64,000 bases of DNA from a virus, in the IMG/VR virus record IMGVR_UViG_3300033273_000658, positions 32,001 through 96,000 of that record. One strand, 5' to 3'. This document shows, in pieces, positions 57,828 to 64,000 of the stretch (within the stretch, counting starts at the first letter, position 1; every line of letters begins with the position of its first letter). The position numbers and the translations under genes are program-made. A model generated the notes under the pieces. It saw only the letters and a program-made list of their open reading frames with translations. It had not been told where the DNA came from and searched no databases.

Positions 57828-58000
57828 AGATAGGAACACTATGCGAAGTGGTTGCAATAGCAAGTCATTTTCCATCACAGTTTGGTGATTTAGTGGTCAT
57901 AACAGGATACACACATGGTGTATACATCACTGGAACAAACTTGAAAACAGGCAAAACACATCATTACAACCCAACAGAACTCAAAGAGGTGAAACAATGA
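57824..58000 (+). CDS. Microprotein cassette 25 (58 aa, GTG start, MKIGTLC...LKEVKQ)
   Basis: GTGA overlap after AAGGTGAT. Confidence 0.7.
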   Translation: MKIGTLCEVVAIASHFPSQFGDLVVITGYTHGVYITGTNLKTGKTHHYNPTELKEVKQ

Positions 58001-58296
58001 ACGTATACGAAGTTACAAAAACAAGACCATGGGATGGTAGAGAAACAATAAGTATTCACATGACACGAAAAGGTGCTTTGCAAGTGGCTTGCATAGAGGG
58101 TTTGGATGCACTTTTGGGCTGTTTTCATGAAGATGATGAGGATTTAGCATGGGCAGAAAAGAGTCTTGAAACACTTGAAAACCCAGATCATACGCTCAAA
58201 ATAAAAGAACTGGAAACTATGTTCGATAAATGCGAAGAACTTCTTTGGAGCATAGAAATGGAGGTAGAGGTGCATGAATACGCACTCAAACCATAA
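57997..58296 (+). CDS. Acidic hypothetical protein
   Basis: 99 aa; coupled. Confidence 0.7.
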   Translation: MNVYEVTKTRPWDGRETISIHMTRKGALQVACIEGLDALLGCFHEDDEDLAWAEKSLETLENPDHTLKIKELETMFDKCEELLWSIEMEVEVHEYALKP

Positions 58297-58379
58297 AAAA
58301 ATTATTTTCAACTTTTTTCTTGACAAAACAATTCCAACCCTATAAGGTATAAAGACCAACCCAAACAAACGGAGACAAC

Positions 58380-59309
58380 ATGAACATTCATGAAAACAAG
58401 AACAGCTCAAACAGAAGTAAAGCAACATGTGGCTACTGCCGAGAAGAGGGGCACAACCAATACCAATGTCCACACGTCAAAGGTGATTGGGAGAACTTCC
58501 TATCAAGACTGGAAATTCCCAAAGACAAAGATGGTAACATCATCAGACGTGGCTATAATTACGCTGTATGGAGTTATAGTGGCAACTTCGATCCTCTCAC
58601 TATGGACATAGCCAATAATGCTCTTGCCTCATGGTTTCGTAACTGCAAGAAAGCATACCTCGTCCAGAAAGAACGTGGGTTCAATCTTGAACACAAAACC
58701 AAGCGCAAAGCAGTAAATAGAACATGTGGCTTTTGTGGTGGCAAAGATCATACAAGGCGCAACTGTACCAAGATGGAACAGTTTCTCAAAGACTGCTACA
58801 AAGCCAATGAGAACTGGCGAATGGCTGCCTACAAAGATCTTGTGTTGGATGGTGGCTTATCTGTTGGGGCTTGTATCAAGGTCTCTTATGAAACAGGCAA
58901 CTGGAGTAATAGAGAGACTAAAATGAGCACCGGTATCATCACCAAGATAAATTGGAACACTGTAAATGTGTTCTCCGGTATGAACAAACGTCACAACGAT
59001 GCTCATTCTCCGATAGAGGTTTCTGTACTGGTAGATGGTGAAACAAGACGACTTGATAATCTTGCTGACAAGTTCAACACTGTCGGAGAGAATGGTAGAA
59101 TACATTCCTTTTGGAATGGTGCCCCAGCATGTTCACTGCATACAGTTATCACCAACTCCCCTACTCCCCTACCCCAAGAGTGGATTACTTCCTACAAGGA
59201 ATCCTTTGGAACTCTTGTCAAGAAGAGAACTTATGAGCAACTACAAAACGGCTTGAAGTCCGATTGGCGACCTGCTAACCTTGTAGCTCACATTGACGCA
59301 TGGAAATAA
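58380..59309 (+). CDS. Protein with two CCHC zinc knuckles
   Basis: CGYCREEGHNQYQC and CGFCGGKDHTRRNC. Confidence 0.75.
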   Translation: MNIHENKNSSNRSKATCGYCREEGHNQYQCPHVKGDWENFLSRLEIPKDKDGNIIRRGYNYAVWSYSGNFDPLTMDIANNALASWFRNCKKAYLVQKERGFNLEHKTKRKAVNRTCGFCGGKDHTRRNCTKMEQFLKDCYKANENWRMAAYKDLVLDGGLSVGACIKVSYETGNWSNRETKMSTGIITKINWNTVNVFSGMNKRHNDAHSPIEVSVLVDGETRRLDNLADKFNTVGENGRIHSFWNGAPACSLHTVITNSPTPLPQEWITSYKESFGTLVKKRTYEQLQNGLKSDWRPANLVAHIDAWK

Positions 59310-59310
59310 C

Positions 59311-59493
59311 ATGCGTTATTCTCCCCTACATACAGGTGATCTCATACACATGTATGGATTGGAGAGCATGATAGGTGTGGTTGTGCGTGAAAGGCGCGAG
59401 GGTGTGTATGATATACACATCTTCCAAGACAATCGCACATTCACATTCCCTAGGGGTATGCTAGAAAAACTTAAAACAACGGAGATAACATGA
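59311..59493 (+). CDS. SH3/KOW-like microprotein (HTGDLI...IGVVV...MLEKL)
   Basis: Family motifs. Confidence 0.6.
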   Translation: MRYSPLHTGDLIHMYGLESMIGVVVRERREGVYDIHIFQDNRTFTFPRGMLEKLKTTEIT

Positions 59494-59744
59494 AATATTA
59501 TTTACTAACCATAACAATCTATGATGGAGATCATGAGTATTGGGATAAAGCCATCGTCTTTATGAAAGATACATCAGATGAACACAAAGTGTTAAAAGCT
59601 TGGTCTGGTCATGATGATCTTGTTTATGATGAAGATCTCAGGGTGTACATGTCACCATATACCTATCGTGGCTATCGACTATATCATGCACAAGAGATAG
59701 AAGAAAACGACCTCCCAATACTACGCAAGTACCATATTGGGTAA
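59490..59744 (+). CDS. Hypothetical protein
   Basis: 84 aa; CGGAG RBS. Confidence 0.7.
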   Translation: MKYYLLTITIYDGDHEYWDKAIVFMKDTSDEHKVLKAWSGHDDLVYDEDLRVYMSPYTYRGYRLYHAQEIEENDLPILRKYHIG

Positions 59745-59830
59745 ACGGACAAAAAATTTCAACTTTTTTCTTGACAAAATAATTCCAATCCTATAAGCTA
59801 TAAACACTAACCCAAACAAACGGAGTGACC

Positions 59831-60334
59831 ATGAACGCACTAACCAAAAGACAAAACGAAGTCTACAACGACATAATAGATTTTATCATTCACAATCATA
59901 GATCCCCTAGTTATCGTGAGCTAGGTGATAGACTTGGAATTAAAAGCACAAATGGTGTCTTTGACCATGTAAAGGTTCTTAAACAGAAAGGCCTTTTAAG
60001 AAATGAAACAAAGATAACACCTGTTTCTATGCCTAAAAAACAAACAACTAGTGTTTCTCCGTCATGTATTGGGTTAAACAAGACTCAAAAACTACTATTA
60101 TTCACAAGATTATTGACAAAGATAGGTTCAATGCCAAAAGATGAAATCTTATCTAAGTATGGAATCTGCGAAAGAACTTGGAGACGTTGGAAAAAAGATA
60201 TGCATGGAGCCGGTATTGCTGTTTATACATGGCGATGTAAAAAAACAAAGACCTCCTTGGTGGGTACACCCCATGCCTATGTCCAAGCTATGATTGATGA
60301 AATGAATGAAAAATTAAACAAAAGGAGTAAATAA
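59831..60334 (+). CDS. LexA DNA-binding domain fused to a second HTH, lacking the S24 peptidase
   Basis: LTKRQ.EV...SPSYRELGDRLGIKSTNGVFDHVKVLKQKGLL; C-terminal KYGICERTWRRWKKDM. Confidence 0.8.
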   Translation: MNALTKRQNEVYNDIIDFIIHNHRSPSYRELGDRLGIKSTNGVFDHVKVLKQKGLLRNETKITPVSMPKKQTTSVSPSCIGLNKTQKLLLFTRLLTKIGSMPKDEILSKYGICERTWRRWKKDMHGAGIAVYTWRCKKTKTSLVGTPHAYVQAMIDEMNEKLNKRSK

Positions 60335-60468
60335 TGATTCACCACAACGCATTTTATATGTTCCTCATAAATACAGGAATAGTGCTATTGTCAGCTTATT
60401 TCTTGGATAGATGGGCAACCTACACCCAAAGAAAGCCAATTTCCAAAAAAAATAAAAAAAATACTTGA
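60334..60468 (+). CDS. 44 aa single-TM peptide
   Basis: AGGAG RBS, TAATG coupling, hydrophobic helix and basic tail. Confidence 0.5.
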   Translation: MIHHNAFYMFLINTGIVLLSAYFLDRWATYTQRKPISKKNKKNT

Positions 60469-60492
60469 CAAAATAATTTCAACCCTATAAGG

Positions 60493-60906
60493 TATAAACA
60501 TCTTCACAACGAAGAACTTTCAACAACAACGGAGACAACATGTCATTTACCGACCAACAACTAAAACAACTAGGCACGTATGAGATACAAAATCTATCAG
60601 ATGAAGAACTCAAAGAACTTACTGTTTCACAATTGGAAATCATCAAAGATACTTTACAAGATGAACGAGACGAACTTGCAAACGAATACAATACTGGCGA
60701 CCCTCTTTGCTATCCCCCTGACTGGTATGATTACCACGTATATCCTCTTGATAGTGCAATCTCAAAGATCGAAGATCTCATGAAAGACGATGAAAATTCC
60801 GATGAAGATTCATGGTATTAAAAAAACTTTAACTTTTTTCTTGACAAAGCTTTTCAACCTAATTATTATATAAACATCTTCACAGCGAAGAACTTTCAAC
60901 AACAAC
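60493..60906 (+). repeat. 38 nt duplicated leader with TCTTC-ACARC-GAAGA hairpin (60493-60530 and 60869-60906)
   Basis: One mismatch, located in the loop. Confidence 0.85.
60540..60821 (+). CDS. Highly acidic small early protein
   Basis: About 25 D/E against 6 K/R in 93 aa; has its own promoter. Confidence 0.7.
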   Translation: MSFTDQQLKQLGTYEIQNLSDEELKELTVSQLEIIKDTLQDERDELANEYNTGDPLCYPPDWYDYHVYPLDSAISKIEDLMKDDENSDEDSWY

Positions 60907-60926
60907 AAAACTAACGGAGGCCTCCC

Positions 60927-61988
60927 ATGGCTATTGACTTCAAAACATTCTCTAACGTAATCAACCCTATCCTTAACGCAAAGTTCCCTGTCCTCGTTCG
61001 TGGTCGGCACGGTATCGGTAAATCTACCATCGTTTACCAAAAAGCCAAAGAACTCGGTCTGCCTGTCGTAGAGCGTAGAGCATCCCAAATGACTGAGGGG
61101 GACTTGCTTGGCTTGCCAAAGCAATCAGACAATGATGTAACTGAGTGGTGTCCACCAAAGTGGTTCAAGACTGCTTGTGATACCCCTGTTGTCCTCTTCC
61201 TTGATGAAGTAGACCGTGCAACACTTGAAGTCCGTCAAGGTATCTTTGAACTATGCGATAGCCGTAAGATTGCCGGTCGCAGTCTTCATCCCGACACCCT
61301 TATCTTTGCTTGTGTCAATGGCGGAGAACATGGTTCTCAATACCAAGTAGGTGAGATGGATCCCGCAGAACTTGACCGCTACACTGTCTTTGACGTAGAA
61401 CCTACGGTAGAAGATTGGCTTAACTGGGCAAAGGGTAATGTTGCCCAAGAAATCTGGGATTTCATCAATCAGAACCACAATCATCTTGAACACAATGATG
61501 ACTACGAGCCTAACAAGGTTTACCCATCAAGACGTTCTTGGGAACGACTATCCACGACTTTGTCTGGAATGGGCGATCAGATTGAGGGTTCATCTGTAAC
61601 CTACCATATCGCTTGCTCTTTCATTGGCTTTGAGGGTGCAGTGGCATTCAAAGACTTCCTTGACAAATACGATCGTCAAGTCACCATCGAAGATCTTCTA
61701 GATGATGGTAAGTTTGACAAGATCAAAGGTTGGAAAATCAACGATCACAATGCCATGGTCGAAAAGATGAAAGCAAAGAACATCTTTGCAGACCGTCTAT
61801 CCGACACACGTCTTGATAACCTTGCAAAGTACTTCTTGCAACTTCCATCCGAGATTGTCATGGTTCTATGGCAGTCCATGGCTCAGACCGATGAGTCTAC
61901 CTACAACATCGCTAAACTTTGGGCAATCGAAGTGGATGGTACATCTATTCAAGACTATGTTGTCGGTATCCTCAACGCAGGAAACTAA
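60927..61988 (+). CDS. MoxR-like AAA+ ATPase
   Basis: GRHGIGKS, LFLDEVDRA, DPAELDRY and PSRRSW. Confidence 0.88.
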   Translation: MAIDFKTFSNVINPILNAKFPVLVRGRHGIGKSTIVYQKAKELGLPVVERRASQMTEGDLLGLPKQSDNDVTEWCPPKWFKTACDTPVVLFLDEVDRATLEVRQGIFELCDSRKIAGRSLHPDTLIFACVNGGEHGSQYQVGEMDPAELDRYTVFDVEPTVEDWLNWAKGNVAQEIWDFINQNHNHLEHNDDYEPNKVYPSRRSWERLSTTLSGMGDQIEGSSVTYHIACSFIGFEGAVAFKDFLDKYDRQVTIEDLLDDGKFDKIKGWKINDHNAMVEKMKAKNIFADRLSDTRLDNLAKYFLQLPSEIVMVLWQSMAQTDESTYNIAKLWAIEVDGTSIQDYVVGILNAGN

Positions 61989-61994
61989 GCCACA

Positions 61995-62028
61995 AAGGCT
62001 TTGGCTCCTTGTGCCTTGAAACAAGGAG
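61995..62028 (+). ncRNA. Predicted H-type pseudoknot
   Basis: AAGGC/GCCTT plus CTCCTTGT/ACAAGGAG. Confidence 0.5.
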
Positions 62029-62056
62029 ACTATAATCCCTTTCTATGGAGATACCC

Positions 62057-62395
62057 ATGAGAATACACAAAGGTACATTCAAGATACGAGAACATGATGA
62101 TGGTGAACGAAAGTGGTCTTATTACGATGGATCGTATGGCAACGACTTCCCTTTCTATGTTCATCGTAAAGAGAACGAAAAGTGGTGGACTTTATCTCAC
62201 ATGTCTACTGGCTACATGATAAAGAAGAACCTATCACTGAAAGAGGCAAGGCGATTGTGCAAGGCTCTCAAAGAGTGGCCTTTGTTCCTAATGCCTACTG
62301 CTGAGACTTTGAACCATCAAAAGTCTTTACTACCAACCTACAAACAACAACTACTTAACAACATTGTACACAATGCAGGAGAAACCAATGAGTAA
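62057..62395 (+). CDS. Hypothetical protein
   Basis: WTLSHMSTGY; start after GGAG. Confidence 0.65.
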   Translation: MRIHKGTFKIREHDDGERKWSYYDGSYGNDFPFYVHRKENEKWWTLSHMSTGYMIKKNLSLKEARRLCKALKEWPLFLMPTAETLNHQKSLLPTYKQQLLNNIVHNAGETNE

Positions 62396-62594
62396 TAACG
62401 AGATCAACATTACACTGAACATATCAGACGAACTACTATCCAAGCTAATCATGGCTATGCAACCACAAAGCAACTCCATGGGAATACCCTTGCAAGCTCT
62501 CATGGGTATGGCTATGCCACCACAAGCACTTCCCAAGGCAGAAAAGCCCAAGAAGAAAGCACCTATGGGTTTCAAAACAGGGAGCGCAGAATGA
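62388..62594 (+). CDS. Small Met/Pro-rich protein ending KKKAPMGF
   Basis: AGGAG RBS. Confidence 0.6.
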   Translation: MSNNEINITLNISDELLSKLIMAMQPQSNSMGIPLQALMGMAMPPQALPKAEKPKKKAPMGFKTGSAE

Positions 62595-62833
62595 GCAGAC
62601 CAAAATTGCAGTATAGCAACATAACGTACTACGCAATACAAAGGCAAAAGCTGGAGTTTCCACCAGAACTTGAAGAGTTATCTGAACCTTTGGAAGTCAA
62701 GTCATTGGCTCAAAAGATAGAGGAAGCGCACACAAACCTAGATAGAATAGAATTTTCAAAAAAAAACTTGACAATTCCTATCGAACAGAATAATAGTAAA
62801 TTATCACCCCAACAAGGAGATTCCAATGAGTGA
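62591..62833 (+). CDS. Hypothetical protein
   Basis: ATGA-coupled, 80 aa. Confidence 0.5.
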   Translation: MSRPKLQYSNITYYAIQRQKLEFPPELEELSEPLEVKSLAQKIEEAHTNLDRIEFSKKNLTIPIEQNNSKLSPQQGDSNE

Positions 62834-64000
62834 TAACGAAACAACAGAAAAGTTTGACTTGAACATGCACACTTTCCGTTTGCTACAACAAGAACCGTTC
62901 TTCGCAAGTCTTTCAAGACGTATTCACAAAGCACCATCCAAGCACATTCCAACTGCTGGTGTCCGTATCAATCCACAGTCAGCACAGTTTGAGATGCTTT
63001 ACAATCCAGAGTTCATGGCAAGTCTTACAGACAAGCAAAAGCTTGGTGTTCTAATGCACGAGTTTTACCACATCATCTTTGAGCACGTCACCACACGACT
63101 TCCAGCAGAGGGTATGTCTATGAAGTGGAACGTTGCAACAGACCTTGCAATCAACAGTCACATCATGGACATGTTGCCGGAGGGTGGATGTATCCCATCA
63201 AAGGTTGGCACTCCGTTTGAGAACTATCCTGTCGGTCTATCTGCTGAGGCTTATCTAAAGATAATCGAAGAAGATGAGCAGTTCAAGAAAGACGATGGTC
63301 AAGGCCAAGGTGACGGTCAAGGTGGTCAAGGTGACGGAGATCCATCACAAGGGCAAGGCCAAGGTTCATCGCTGGGCGATCATGTTCTTGACGATCATAG
63401 TGGCTGGGGCGATGTAGATGAAGAGACAAAGGCTATGGCCAAAGAGCGTTTGAAAGACGCTATGGAGAAAGCCGCAAAGGATGCGTCAAGCGGTCAAGGC
63501 TGGGGTTCTGTATCGGCAGACGTTCGTAAGCAGATCATGGACGCTATCACACCGAAGATTGACTGGCGCAAGGTTCTTCGATACTTCATCAAGACCTCAC
63601 AGCGTAGCAACAAGCGATCAACCGTTCGCAGATTGAACCGTAGGTTCCCTTACATTCATGCTGGCCGAAAGGTTACACGTCAAGCCAAGATTGCTATCAG
63701 CATTGACCAATCGGGTTCTGTTTCAGACACCATGCTTGCCTCATTCTTCGCAGAACTCAATAGCCTATCAAGCCTTGCCGAGTTTACCGTTGTGCCTTTC
63801 GATACCGAAGTAGATGAGAGCCTTGTCTACACATGGAAGAAAGGTGAGCGCAAGACATGGGAGCGTGTCAAGTGTGGTGGCACATGCTTTGACGCTCCGA
63901 CACGATACGTCAATGAGAACGGTTTCGATGGTCACATCATCTTGACTGACATGGAGGCTCCAAAGCCGATAGCCAGCAAGTGCCAACGCATGTGGATGAC
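62826..64000 (+). CDS. DUF2201-type HExxH metallopeptidase plus VWA domain protein (runs off the window end; not in ORF track)
   Basis: MSDNE...EPFFASL...IPTAGV...YNPEF...LMHEFYH...WNVATDLAIN, GQG linker, IDQSGS, FDTEV and GGT.F. Confidence 0.85.
   Translation, partial: MSDNETTEKFDLNMHTFRLLQQEPFFASLSRRIHKAPSKHIPTAGVRINPQSAQFEMLYNPEFMASLTDKQKLGVLMHEFYHIIFEHVTTRLPAEGMSMKWNVATDLAINSHIMDMLPEGGCIPSKVGTPFENYPVGLSAEAYLKIIEEDEQFKKDDGQGQGDGQGGQGDGDPSQGQGQGSSLGDHVLDDHSGWGDVDEETKAMAKERLKDAMEKAAKDASSGQGWGSVSADVRKQIMDAITPKIDWRKVLRYFIKTSQRSNKRSTVRRLNRRFPYIHAGRKVTRQAKIAISIDQSGSVSDTMLASFFAELNSLSSLAEFTVVPFDTEVDESLVYTWKKGERKTWERVKCGGTCFDAPTRYVNENGFDGHIILTDMEAPKPIASKCQRMWM

Larger units (their letters stand above)
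51058..58000 (+). repeat. Interspersed ~33 nt junction repeat TT(A/G)GAGGTGAT(AGC/AA/CA)ATGAARRWAGGTGAYTTRGT between microgenes
   Basis: Clear copies near 51348, 51505, 51650, 52815, 53715, 53878, 54051, 54783, 55111, 55431, 57443 and 57810, plus partial copies. Confidence 0.85.

Noticed and set aside
51058-58000. Classical integron or diversity-generating retroelement
   Set aside because: No tyrosine integrase or reverse transcriptase in the window, no intergenic palindromic attC sites (the genes overlap), and differences between paralogues are not adenine-specific
1-64000. Minus-strand and nested short ORFs in the track (e.g. 7591-8004, 19685-20119, 25477-25953, 43391-43762, 51021-51344)
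   Set aside because: They are shadows of well-supported + strand genes, with no RBS or motifs
1-64000. Stop-codon reassignment
   Set aside because: The standard code gives full-length conserved proteins, and TAG, TGA and TAA all end genes at expected positions

Overview
This 64 kb AT-rich window is a segment of a large T4-like myovirus (jumbo phage) genome. Essentially every real gene is on the + strand. 1-15.2 kb is the neck, tail and baseplate module: sheath, two tube paralogues, a chaperone with a probable programmed frameshift, tape measure and hub. 15.2-50 kb covers replication, nucleotide metabolism and proteostasis: split PolA, degenerate tubulin-like protein, gp32-like SSB, RecA, DnaB-like helicase, class II RNR, ThyX, DnaE, dUTPase, GroES/GroEL, ClpP, a J-domain protein, an endolysin and a complete tmRNA (tag ANNNNYFEVAQAA). 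50.07-51.0 kb is an unusual, largely non-coding control region with a minus-strand G-quadruplex motif, iterated TTACATAA boxes and three tandem consensus sigma-54 (-24/-12) sites that point away from the gene flow. 51-64 kb is an early/accessory region punctuated by a repeated ~65 bp promoter cassette. It holds about 25 paralogous 48-74 aa 'MKxGDLV...LEVI' SH3/KOW-like microgenes joined by a conserved ~33 nt junction repeat, plus UvsE, a truncated LexA mimic and a MoxR/VWA pair. A dispersed family of sequence-covarying H-type pseudoknots follows several stop codons. Lipoprotein style, the LexA helix and sigma-54 usage tentatively suggest a Myxococcota/deltaproteobacterial host. All calls come from motif recognition by eye, and no searches were run.
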